Shown here: positions 22,470 to 33,463 of the stretch, piece by piece
Layout of the letters: every line of letters starts with the position of its first letter
Numbering within the stretch: position 1 is the first letter of the stretch
Virus record (IMG/VR): IMGVR_UViG_3300023199_000204
Location: 252,474 to 316,473 of that record
Length of the DNA: 64,000 nt
Reading direction: 5' to 3' (one strand)
The notes under the pieces: model-generated
Database searches by the model: none
The model's input: only the letters and a program-made list of their open reading frames with translations
Told to the model about the DNA's origin: nothing
Position numbers and translations under genes: made by a program

Positions 22470-24371
22470 GAGAAGCTGTGTCGCGAATATTAATGATTTT
22501 AGGAATTATTACGCTAGCTACAGCGTGTGGGTTTTTTGGTCAGATTGAAAAAGTAAGTATTAAAAATAAGGTAGGAGTGGAATTTAGAAATGTTTCTACT
22601 ACTGATAGTAATGAAAGATATAGTTTAGGAACAGGAATCGATATAAAATCAACAACTGGATACGGAGCAAACATCTTTTATAGATTTAGAGACACAAATT
22701 GGAGTGTTTTTGAACAAGAGCACGGGGTGTTTTTTGGATTTAATGTTCCTTTGTATAAGAAAAAGTAGGTAATTAAATGAAGAAAGCTTCAGGATTATAT
22801 GATGTTAATACAATTATTAATATATCATCAGAAAATTTAATGAATGACGGATTTGAAGAGTGGGTGCCCTCTCGCCCAATTGGAACATTTGGTTTCTTGT
22901 CGAGATGTAAAAAAGCTTGGATGGTTTTTACAGGGAAGGCAGATGCTCTTATATGGCCTAAAGGACAGTGATGAGAAAGATTAATAAAGTTTGCGGTAGC
23001 ATTTTAAAACAGTTAGAAATACCAGATAATCTTGAATATTGTTGTGAATTTATAGAGCAACAACTTAATTATGATTGTAAGCAGCACGGTTCGGGATGTC
23101 CAGATATAGGAATTAGATTAACAAAGAATATTGAATTAATGCTTATAGCACCAAATGCTGAGTATATATGTAATTATTGTCCAAGTTGTGGAAAAAAATG
23201 GTCTAAGGAGAGATAATGTTTTATGATTTTAGGCAGAATAATTCTGGAGGTTCTTTTAAAGTAACTGATAGTGTTGGACATTATGTAATAATAGAAGCTG
23301 ATAATGCTCAAGAAGCTAACGAAAAAGCAGAGCAAGTGGGCATATATTTTGATGGTTGTTCAACTGGAAAAGATTGTAATTGTTGTGGAGACAGATGGTA
23401 TCCACAATGGGATTCCGATGGTAGTGAAGAACCATCCATTTATGGAGAAAATATAGAAGAATATAAGAATTCAATAAGATATTCTGTTTCAGATGAAGAA
23501 GTAATTTTTGTTTACTATAAAGGCGGACACTCTAAAAAAATAGTCATTGATGTTAAATCAGAAAAATAAAAGACCGAAAAGGCTTTAAGAGATGAGGCAG
23601 ATAAAACTTGGGCAGCTTTTGCTGGGATAAGCTATTGTTATAAAAATCCTGAAAGAATGTATCAAGCTGATTTTTACGATAAATATTATGATGAGTCAGG
23701 CAATAGAAGTATTGAGAAAAAAGGACTTGTAGTTAATAATGATTATAATTATCTCACATTTTCTTCTGATAATAAAGAAGAAGTGGAAGATTTTATAAAA
23801 GGGTATAGAACATATGCTGAGGCAGTTAGAGAGGCTATAATTAATTTATCAGATTTGAACAGAGATGAGTTCAGTAGCAAGGGAGAGAAAGCTTTAAAGG
23901 ATATGCTTTTGAATGCACTGAAAAATGTAATGTCGACATATTCATAATATAAAAACTAAGAGCTGGTATGAAAAGATACAATATAAAAAAACAATTAGCT
24001 TACTATGAAATTTCATTTTTAAACAACAAGAATCTTAATGATTTGATAAATGAATTCAATTCATTAAAAAAGAAGTTCGGAAGAAAATGGAATCTTTCAA
24101 TCAAGTTGGAAGACTCTTATGATAGTTATGAGTCCGAGCCTTCATATAATAGCTTTTGCGTTTATGGTGAAAGATTAGAAACTATAAAAGAAGCAAAGAA
24201 GAGAATTAAAGAGGAAGAGGAATATAAAGCTTTAAGAAAAGAGCAAGCAAGGGCTCGGGCAAAGGAAAGAATAAAGGCTGAAAAGGAAACTTATTTAAGA
24301 CTTAGGAAAAAATTTGAAAAAAAAAATCTTAATTTATATTAATAATAATATATTAGGACAGGAATATAATT

Positions 24372-24491
24372 ATGTCTATATTTAATTTACGCTTGAAATT
24401 AAAATCTATCCAAATTACTGATCAAGTTGATCAGAAGGATAGATGTGTGCGCCAATATAATACCACAAATATTGGAGGCTCAAGCGTATAA
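24372..24491 (+). CDS. Putative attenuator leader peptide 2 (MSIFNLRLKLKSIQITDQVDQKDRCVRQYNTTNIGGSSV)
   Basis: AGGA RBS, 39 codons, N-terminus similar to leader 1 (MxxFNLxL), last codons overlap the antiterminator. Confidence 0.72.
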   Translation: MSIFNLRLKLKSIQITDQVDQKDRCVRQYNTTNIGGSSV

Positions 24492-24553
24492 GACATTAAT
24501 ATTATTAGATGTTTTATCAAGCCGCTTGGGTCAAAAGCCCTGGCGGCTTTTTT
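24477..24553 (+). promoter_or_regulatory. Attenuator 2: antiterminator GGCTCAAGCG (24477-24486) and intrinsic terminator (24519-24553)
   Basis: AAGCCGC..GCGGCTT stem plus T run 3 nt before tRNA-Cys; GGCTCAAGCG pairs over 10 bp with CGCTTGGGTC in the terminator 5' arm. Confidence 0.78.
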
Positions 24554-24556
24554 ATT

Positions 24557-24628
24557 GACGTGCTCCTTGGGACTGAGGGTTAGGCTCTGCAAAAGCTTGA
24601 ATTTGGGGTTCAACTCCCCAGCACGTCT
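24557..24628 (+). tRNA. tRNA-Cys(GCA)
   Basis: GACGTGC/GCACGTC, CTGCAAA loop, U73. Confidence 0.85.
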
Positions 24629-24642
24629 TGGAAATAAAATAA

Positions 24643-24775
24643 GGATGCGTTGAGCAGTGCGGTGAGCTTGGCGGGCTGTGGGGATTGATTAAATGGTAAT
24701 TTTAATGAGTTCGATTCTCACATTCCCAAAACCCCGTGGTCTTCGGGCTTGTAGGTTCGATTCCTACCGCATCCA
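24643..24775 (+). tRNA. tRNA-Tyr(GTA) interrupted in the anticodon by a ~50-nt nested mini-tRNA (24680-24729)
   Basis: GGATGCG/CGCATCC-A73, GCGGG/CCCGT stem, Tyr-type long variable arm; removing the insert gives loop CTGT+AAC. Confidence 0.8.
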
Positions 24776-25807
24776 ATAGGAGAAAGAAAATTAATTTAGG
24801 AAGCATTTTAGATGACTATAATAAATTTTATAGTAGGATATTAAGTTATTTTAATATAAATTATTTAAGTGGAGATATATCAGACTCCAGAGAGTATTAC
24901 TGGTTTAATGATTATGATTCACTTTATTTCTTTTCAAAAAAAACCAAAATATAAAACTGTATATGAAAAAGGACCAGAATATAAAAGTACGATAAGTTCT
25001 TATCACGGAGTAGGCGTAGTAAATGGTGGAGATTTGACACTTGTTCAAGTTATTGATGACTGCGGAGGTGGTGATATAGCTATGATTCTCGATAATAAAA
25101 AGAAAATAACAGATGAGAAAATTATAGAATTAGTTGAAGAATTTTAGGTAGAGAGGATGATAAAAGGATTTCGTGAATATGGCTACAATACGGAAATAAA
25201 AAATATAAAAGAGGTGGTTTTTGAAGATTTTAAGGTAAGGGAAGAGGACAGGGAAGGTGTTAATATATTATTTGCTGTATATAGACACCCACCTTATTGA
25301 AGGATATGCTCTCGTTTTCTTTGAAAAAAATGGGAAGTTATATGAGGTTCAAAGCTCTCACTGTTCTTGTAGGGGACTTGAGGAGCAGTGGTCCCCATAA
25401 GAAACTAACTATGAGACTGTAAAATTTAGAATTAAGGGCAATAGCTATTGGGGTTGGGATGAATATTCAAATGATATTCTTAAGATTTTAAAAGAAAGGT
25501 TTGGTATTATGAAACAAAAAGATTGGACGCTTGAGCAAGAGTATTTTAGTTGGAAAAGATGGGATCAATGTGATACACTATCAGTAATTTTTTACGAGGT
25601 TCAGTTTAAGAAAAGCTTTGGCGTGTTTAGTAAAGGAGAGGAATTCGGAAGCATTATGCTTTCTTATAAAGATGGAATTATTGAAGCTTATTAAAAAGAT
25701 GGAGAAGAAGTTTTAAAGACTCAAAAATTTAGATTACAACCATTTATGGAACAATAATCAACATCATTTGTTTTCTAGGATATAGTGATTTAATTTAATA
25801 GGAAAAA

Positions 25808-25879
25808 TCCGGGTTAGTGAAATGGCATCATCGCACGGCTGTTAACCGTGAATTAGAGGTTCGAGTCCTCTACCCGGAG
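25808..25879 (+). tRNA. tRNA-Asn(GTT)
   Basis: TCCGGGT/ACCCGGA-G, CACGG-CTGTTAA-CCGTG. Confidence 0.9.
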
Positions 25880-26575
25880 ATAAGGAGAAAGGAATGTCTA
25901 ATAAATAAAAAAGAAGTTCTAGAGGTGTTAGAAAGGTATGAAGAGATTAAAAGTGAAATTAAAGGAACATTCTTAATTTATGCTAAATATTGTGGTATTT
26001 AAGTTTCAGAAATAGTTCATATTGAGGTAAACGAAAGTGAGGTTGAAGTAGAATACACTGAGCCAGGCGGATGTAGCTGTTGCTATACTAGTAGATACTC
26101 TACTTTTCCTATTAGTTATTTATGGGAAGAGAATTGGATTGAAAAGCTAAAAGCTAAGCATCAAGTGGAATTAGCCGAAAAAATTAAAAAGAAAGAAGAG
26201 GAAAAAGAAAGAAGAGAAAGAGAGCAACTAGAGCTGGATAAAAAGCTTTATAAAAGATTAAAAGAAAAATTCGGCTAAAATAATCTTAGAGGCAGATTCC
26301 ACTGGGTGAGTTAATAAGGAAAGTAAAATAATGAATTTCGCAAAATGGTTTAGAGAACAGCAAAAAGACGCTAAGGCTGTAATTAATTTAACAAAACTTG
26401 ATGTCAGAGATGAGCCTTGTCTTACCCTAAAGGGCAATAATAAATATAAAGTTTTGATAACACAAAATACATTTATTTCGAATGTATGTGGAATTTTCGT
26501 TGAAGATGTAAATTATGTATTAATGGAGGCACAAAATGAAGAAACGAAAACGTAAATAAAAATCAGGCAAACTAT

Positions 26576-26723
26576 GCCTCCGTGGTGTTAATGGCTTAGC
26601 ACACTGGATTTTGCGAAAGACATTTGGTATGTAGATGTTAGAGGCAACTCTTTGGTCTAAGTGAGTTCGATTCTCACCTTTCGCGTAATCCATGAAGTGT
26701 GGGTTCGAATCCTACCGGGGCTA
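26576..26723 (+). tRNA. tRNA-Lys(TTT) interrupted in the anticodon by a 73-nt nested tRNA-like element (26613-26685)
   Basis: Outer D and T arms intact, TGGA/TCCA stem; removing GCGAAAG...CTTTCGCG gives loop TTTT+TAA; outer acceptor is one G short. Confidence 0.75.
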
Positions 26724-27641
26724 TAAAATAGATTAGATAAGAGGATTTAGTTAATATTTATTATTAAAAGGAAAGGAAAAAATGAAAAGTAAAATTTTAT
26801 CAGTTGTATTGTCAGTTTGTTTGTTAATTGGAACGGTATTTGCGACTTCTGCCTGTGGAGACGACTTAGTTGTTAATGGAAAAAACATATAAAACCAAAG
26901 GTATTTTTACTCAAGATGAAAAAGACCCTTGTATTAAATATAGTTTAATTGCTGGAAATGTTGCTTGGGCAATTATATTTTTTGGAACAGCAGTTGCTCC
27001 AGTTTATTTTTTTGGATTTTCTTTATGGGAGCCAGCGAGAGTTAAGTCAGAATGCGAAAAGAAATAAAGTCTCCAAAAATAGGAATGGGAGCAACCATTC
27101 AACTTTGGTCAGATAGAATTGCTGGAACAATCGTGAGAATTACAAAAACTAAAAAGACAATCTTTATTCAAGAAGATGCGGCATCAAGAATTGATAGAAA
27201 CGGAATAAGTGAAAGCCAAAGATATGAATATACTCCAAATTCTAAAGGAAATGTATATCGTGCTTCTTTAAGAAAATATGGAAGGTTTAGAGTATCAAAA
27301 ACCAATGAATTAGTTAGTATTAGAGTAAGACGCAAGTTTTACGATTATTTTTTTTAAGGACATTATGGGAAGATTAAAAGTAGCTAGTTATATTGAAGAG
27401 TGGTTGAAATTAGAATGCCCACACTGTGAAGAGTCAAATTGGCTTCAATCATCATTTGGAGACATATTAGACCCTGATGTTGATGCGATTAGATGCCTAT
27501 CCTGTAAAGAGTTGTTTCTTGTTTGTGAAAGAGAGGAATGGGAGAGTGAAGATAATTTATACATAGAAGATGGAGTGACTGATCCGTCTGAAATAAAAGA
27601 GTTAGATTTTTATAATGAAGAGATTTGGAATGATTAAATAA

Positions 27642-27714
27642 GGGTTTGTGGTGTCAATGTAGCATATTCGCCTCTTAAGCGAAAAGGTGATGGGTTCAAG
27701 TCCCTCCGAGCCTA
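27642..27714 (+). tRNA. tRNA-Lys(CTT)
   Basis: GGGTTTG/CGAGCCT, TTCGC-CTCTTAA-GCGAA. Confidence 0.85.
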
Positions 27715-28386
27715 CAATAATTGAAAGGAGAAAAATGAAAGATTTGAAAGACTATTCAATCGAAGATTTACAAAAAGAAATTAATAGAAGGGAAAAGTTA
27801 AGTAGTGTTCCAGAATTGATTGAAAATCCTGATTTTTCCAATGCGATAAGGGAAGCAGAAGAAATCATCAACTCAGTGTTGGTAAATGATGGGCGTCCTG
27901 GGAAGGATTATAAAAATGGTATTTTCTCAGAAATAATGAAGGCATTATATGGACCAAGCTTTTTTTTGAATGGTGGAACAGTAATGTGAGGCATTAATGT
28001 TTGGAGTTAAAAGTGTTTCAGCATTAGTTCTTAACGAACTCATCCAAACTCAAGATGAGTATGTAAGAAAAAAAGCTTTGTCAAGGATACACAAAAGCAT
28101 TAAGAGGCTTAAAAATATATTTGATGAACTTGAAGGTATAAAAAACAGAAATGTATTTGATGATCTTTATTTTTCAACATAGGAGGCTATACTTGATAAA
28201 GTATTAGATGATAAGTGTATTCCATATAAGGTAGCATCATATATTCATACAACATTAACTTCTTATATTAGAAGTAGAAGAAGAGAGATATATCTTAAAA
28301 ATTATTTTGTTAAGAAGAAAAGGGGTAGGAAGAGATTAATAAACAAGACCAAAAAACATTTGGAAGAATATGAAAGTTATATAAAT

Positions 28387-28460
28387 TCAGCTGTCTTCTA
28401 ACTGGATAAGATCCCTGGCTTTGAACTAGGGCAATGTGGGTTCGAATCCCATTATTCCCG
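28387..28460 (+). pseudogene. Chimeric tRNA: Gln(TTG) body with a non-matching 3' acceptor strand
   Basis: D, anticodon (CCTGG-CTTTGAA-CTAGG) and T arms intact, but TCAGCTG cannot pair with TATTCCC-G. Confidence 0.7.
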
Positions 28461-28532
28461 TCACAGGAAGCTCAAAGTCGCGAGCAGCTCACTTACGGGC
28501 GAGGTTGATGGTTTAGCGCCCATCCCTGTCAC
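28461..28532 (+). pseudogene. Degenerate tRNA-like element
   Basis: TCACAGG/CCTGTCA acceptor, GCTC/GAGC D stem, aberrant anticodon and T loops. Confidence 0.5.
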
Positions 28533-28535
28533 TCT

Positions 28536-28619
28536 GCCCCTATGACGGAATTGGTGAGACGTGCGCGATTCAAAATCCCGTGCCCTAGAGGTGTGTAGGT
28601 TCGAATCCTACTAGGGGTA
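28536..28619 (+). tRNA. tRNA-Leu(CAA)
   Basis: GCCCCTA/TAGGGGT, TTCAAAA loop, long variable arm. Confidence 0.88.
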
Positions 28620-29937
28620 TAAAAAAGAAAGGAGAAAAATGAGACTTACGAAAAAAGATAGATTTATAGTTTCCTGCGAAAATCCCTGTTTTGAGTTCTC
28701 AGACACAGAGATAAAAGAATCATATGAAAAAGCCAAAGGACATTATTGGAGGGATGATGAACAAGAAGAGTATGTTTCTGTTTGTCCAGTTGGGAGGGCA
28801 GAAAAATTTGAGTATTTCTCATCATCTGATGAATTAAATGACTTAAAGTTTAGAAAGCAAGTAAGAAAAGCAGCCTCTTTATGGTCAATGGGAGAATATA
28901 ATAAAGCTAATAAAATATTTGAAACTTCATTTAATTTACATTACAACAGTGAGTAAAAACATTATGAAGTTGTTAATAGAGACCTTGCTGATGCTATGAT
29001 ATAAAATGGTTTGGAAATAATATTGTTAGAATATTTGGTGCCCAGAACAGAAAGGATTTATTTATAATGAGAATGAAAAAGAGAGACGCATATAGAAGGC
29101 ATATTGAAAAAATGATTAATTAAATTGAAAATAAATCTCACGGCTTAAAAGATGTAAATTATGGGAATAGATTATTTATGGAAATAGATGGACGTTTCAT
29201 TATTGCTTGGATCAATAAATTTTACGACATTAAAGGAAATAATGGTAAAGAAGACTAGCGAAGGAATGTTATAAATTAAAGAGAGGAAAAAATGAGTGTA
29301 TGGCATAGAGCTTATTTATATTTAGGATGGCATTTAAATTATAAGGAAGAATATGAACTTGTTAAATATTTAAGAAAAAGATCTTATGAACTTTATGATA
29401 ATCAGGAAGAAGTTAAATTAGACTGTGTTGATGATTGTATGTGTGCTCGCTATTTTGTTATAGGTAAAAAAATACAAATGGTCGCTAGTGAAGATGAGAA
29501 CAAGTTTTTTAATGTCGAATTACCTAAAGAAAAAGACTATAGTGAAGTGGTAGAGATATTAAAAGAAAAATATGAAGTAGATTTAGGAAGACCGGAATTA
29601 TTTATGTTTTCTCACGGAGATTAAAATGACTAGTAAAGAAAGTAAAAATCCTAAACCTAAAGCTAAAGCTAAAATTATTGCTTATTATGATTGGTATAAG
29701 GTAGCAGAATATATTTGTGATAAATATGAGGACGTTAGTTATGATGATTTAGAGAATTATAGAATTGAACTTCACGATATTAATTCGGCCGGAAATGGCG
29801 TAATGGCTAAGGTAGATGATTATTATTTTAAATTTGAAGAAAATGAAAATAATCGCAGAGTTATTAAACATATACTTGATGAATTTAGTAAAGAAGAAAA
29901 TAGAAAAGTTATGGTTAAAATAGAATGGTAGAACAAA

Positions 29938-30010
29938 CGGTCCATAGTTTAATTGGTTAAAACAAGGTCCTGATAAGACTTAGCCGAAAGTTCGAATCTT
30001 TCTGGACCGA
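29938..30010 (+). tRNA. tRNA-Ile(GAT)
   Basis: CGGTCCA/TGGACCG, AGGTC-CTGATAA-GACTT. Confidence 0.9.
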
Positions 30011-30441
30011 TAGGAGAGTATATGGTTTTAAGAAAATATGTTGTAGTAAGTGAAATGCTTACAAGAACGGAATGGGTAGAGTATCCCGTAGCGGGCTATG
30101 AAGAATGTTATCATATCTATAATGTTGTTGAGGCAGAAAGTCACGCAAAAGCAAAATGGAAAGTTTGGAAAAACTCTGATGATTATAAAAAATATGGTGG
30201 ATATGATATAAGAGATATGCCGAAATTTTCTATAAAATTATATAAAGAAGAGTTTAATGATTAAATAATCAAGAAATGGTTCTGATTTGAAAGTTGAACT
30301 GAAGGCTGATTGAAAGGATTAAATAACATCGCATTGGGCTGACCAAAAAACGCAGCTGGGTTAAAGCTCCCGGCAGGTTTAATCTAAGTAGATGTTAGTA
30401 TGAAAGATTAGTAGATGTTCCGAGTATTGATTATTAAAGAC

Positions 30442-30518
30442 ATTCCGATAGTTTAATGGCAAAAACGCCCGCACCCAGCACAATGCGATTTGAAGCGGGA
30501 GATGTTGGTTCGAGTCCG
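30442..30518 (+). ncRNA. tRNA-like RNA with 22-nt expanded anticodon loop and unpaired acceptor
   Basis: GTTT/AAAC D stem, CCCGC/GCGGG stem, GTTGG-TTCGAGT-CCGAC T arm. Confidence 0.6.
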
Positions 30519-30532
30519 ACAGAGTTTGTTGA

Positions 30533-30605
30533 ACACTGATAGCATAACGGTTAATGCCCTCGCCTGATGAGTGAGCGAATGTAGGTTCAAATCCTACTCA
30601 GTGTA
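30533..30605 (+). tRNA. tRNA-Ile(GAT), second copy with G37
   Basis: ACACTGA/TCAGTGT, CTCGC-CTGATGA-GTGAG. Confidence 0.85.
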
Positions 30606-32002
30606 TAATAAAGAGAGGTTGTAATAATAATATTTAAAGCGGTAGTTAACGCAACTAAACAGGTTGAAGACATTTGGAAATGTAAAGTTATAAAAACTTT
30701 TATTGTCCAAAAAGGAGATATATTTGTTATTTATAGTGAAACCGATGATGGAATTACGATGATGAATTATAGCTCCGTTTATAATGGAGAAATTACAAAT
30801 GACATCTGTTTTAATTAGTGATCTAGAATATTTTAATATAAATGATTCTAAAAAATCAATAGAAATTTTAAAAAGAAATAATATTCCAAAGTTAAAAGAA
30901 AGTGATATAAAGTTCGATTTCAGTGTAGGACATAGAGATGGTCCAGCAACAGGCATCTGCTCTGCTAATGGAAAAAAATGTTGGTTCGAAAGAGTAAACG
31001 AAGGCTATGTTAAATACAATGATGGTGAATTCATATTAAGATTATATGTTATTGTTCCAATTTCAGATAAAGAATATCAAAAAGAATTGGAAATTCATAA
31101 TATTTTTAAGAAGAACGTAGGAAAGCACACAACTTATAAGTCAGACGGGAAAACACGATACAAAGTAGATGGCATTTTAGTTTCGTTAATAAAAACTTTG
31201 CTTGGAAGAAAAAGAAGTAAATATTATAATAATCCAGAGGTTAGGAAGTTTCAGCAAGAAGTAAATTATGACCATCGAGCAATAATTGGTTGGTGGATTG
31301 AAGAGGTCCCGTATTATAGGTGGTTAAAATGATTTTTAAAAAAAATTGAAACTAAAAAAAAGCGAAAGAAAATATATTTAATATTTTAAAAAGTTATAAT
31401 GAAAAGCTCTGGAAGAACTATGATTATGATATATCAGTTAATAAGGATAAAAAAGAAATAAGAATAATAGTTAGTTGTATATATAGATTAGGAAATTTTG
31501 TATCTTTTGAGCTACTTTCGAGATTTTCAGATATGTTTAATACCAAGAAAATTAAACTAATTGATGCGAATTATACATTAGGATGTGAAAGTTGTGATTA
31601 TGGGTCAAGTGATGAAATAACTATTTTAATAGAGGGAGCAGAAGTTTAAATGAAATACATAATATTAATAATTTTAGCTTTATTGATTGCTGATGCTGGA
31701 ACGTATTATTTAAGTACGGAAAGAAAACAAGTGAGCCTTTCTTATATTAGCATTTATAAACTTTATTCTAAAATTAGAAACATAAATCCCAGTAAATGGA
31801 AAGAAGAGAAGTTTCTAGAATACAGCGTAAGTATCAAGTCTCATACAATAAGGTTAGGAAAATATAAATTATATTTTGATGGTTCAATAATAAGGACCAG
31901 TTTGCTTCAAACATTTATGTTTGGCTCCTTATATAATGATATTGAAGATCATTACAATCCTGGAAAAATAAATGTTAAAAAATCAATGAAAAAAGTTCTG
32001 GA

Positions 32003-32269
32003 ATGAAAAAATATTTTGTTTATATAGTTAGGTCATCAAAGGATAAATTATATACTGGAATAGCGATTGATGTAGAGGATAGGATTAAGACACATAATAA
32101 GGGAAAAGGTTCAAAAGCTTTAAGGGGGCAATTACCAGTAAAACTTTGTTGGGAATATGGACCAATTGATAAATCACAAGCAATGAAGATTGAAACAGCA
32201 ATTAAAAGGCTGCCTCAGTTTGTGAAAGATGCTATTGTAGGAGGCAAGAAAGTTTATGGCAACTGTTAG
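32003..32269 (+). CDS. GIY-YIG nuclease (short form)
   Basis: YFVYIV..LYTGIA.DVEDRI..HN.GKGSK..A.KIE..IK. Confidence 0.85.
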   Translation: MKKYFVYIVRSSKDKLYTGIAIDVEDRIKTHNKGKGSKALRGQLPVKLCWEYGPIDKSQAMKIETAIKRLPQFVKDAIVGGKKVYGNC

Positions 32270-32646
32270 AATGGAAGCAACCAGAGTTTATTATTTAACT
32301 GAAATATGGTTAAAAGAATATAAATAAGGCATTAATTCCCAATACAATCAGCATATCGATAATATTATAAAATTAAAAAATTCATCAAAAATACGTCGTT
32401 TATTTAAACTTACTAATTGGAACAGAAACCGTGCCATTTCTTATCTAGATAAAAAAAACTATGTTTAGTGATTATAAAGATTATCTTCATTATAGATATA
32501 AAAATTATTTATGGATAGATATAAAAGAATTACATAGAACATCTTATAAATTAAAATCACAAGATATAATTGATGTTCCTATAAAGCTAGTAAATGAAAT
32601 TCTTAATTTAGAAGAAAGCAATAATAATGATAGTATATATAGATAA

Positions 32647-32718
32647 TCTCCTGTAGCTCAGAGGTAGAGCGGTCGCCTGTTAAGTGAATGGTCGCAAGTT
32701 CGAATCTTGCCGGGAGAG
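32647..32718 (+). tRNA. tRNA-Asn(GTT), second copy
   Basis: TCTCCTG/CGGGAGA-G, CTGTTAA loop. Confidence 0.9.
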
Positions 32719-33127
32719 CTTAAATGAAAGGAGAAATAAAACGTATAAAGTAGATAGTTTTAAAATTACGGTTAATACAAAAAAAGCTATTGAGTTCATT
32801 GGAGAAAAACAGAGAAGAACATTTAAAAGAGTATCAGGAGCTTCAAGAACTTTTTCTTAAAAAAGTTTTATCTGAGTTTAAAAAGAGGAGTAAGATAATC
32901 TTAAAAACAACGCCACAGAGCATTAATAATGATGAGTTGTTAAGATTTAATAATATAATTATTCCTAGGTCTTATATAAAAGAATATGATGACGTAATAT
33001 CTATGCTTGAATTTACTTTACAAGAATCAGTGGAAATAACTGGTGAGCAATATAAATCTTGGATAAAGAATGAATGGAATTGGATGAGCACTTTTAAGAA
33101 TACTTTGGAAAGTTATAAGGCAGTAAG

Positions 33128-33463
33128 ATGAAAACTAATGTTAATCTATATATTAAGTGTATGAGAACTGGAAAAGTTCTGGGCGTGACAAAAGGTGTTG
33201 GAACAAATAATTGGAATTTACCTGGCGGAAAGCTTGAAGAAAACGAAGACTTTATAAGTGGAGCTTTTAGAGAAGTTAAAGAAGAAACGGGAGTTGATTT
33301 TAACCGACCAAGCGTAGGTTATACTTGGGATCCCATTCCTTTTATATCTCTTTGTAAGGCTCAGGATGATGGTGATGTTGAGTATGTTTTAGTATTTTGG
33401 GGGATACTATGTGATTCGAAATTCTTTGAGCCGATGTCCTCATCAGAGGGCGATGCTGCTTGA
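33128..33463 (+). CDS. NUDIX hydrolase (probably truncated by a premature TGA; frame continues to about 33547)
   Basis: Nudix box PGGKLEENEDFISGAFREVKEETG. Confidence 0.88.
   Translation: MKTNVNLYIKCMRTGKVLGVTKGVGTNNWNLPGGKLEENEDFISGAFREVKEETGVDFNRPSVGYTWDPIPFISLCKAQDDGDVEYVLVFWGILCDSKFFEPMSSSEGDAA

Noticed and set aside
24680-26685. Group I or bulge-helix-bulge introns as the tRNA inserts
   Set aside because: Too short for group I cores, no bulge-helix-bulge motif seen, and the inserts carry tRNA acceptor and T arms.
27997-28400. Sigma-factor-like gene
   Set aside because: Only a faint region-2-like pattern across a TAG; not enough to call.
30270-30430. Self-cleaving ribozyme or riboswitch
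   Set aside because: No complete hammerhead, twister or preQ1 core could be assembled by eye.
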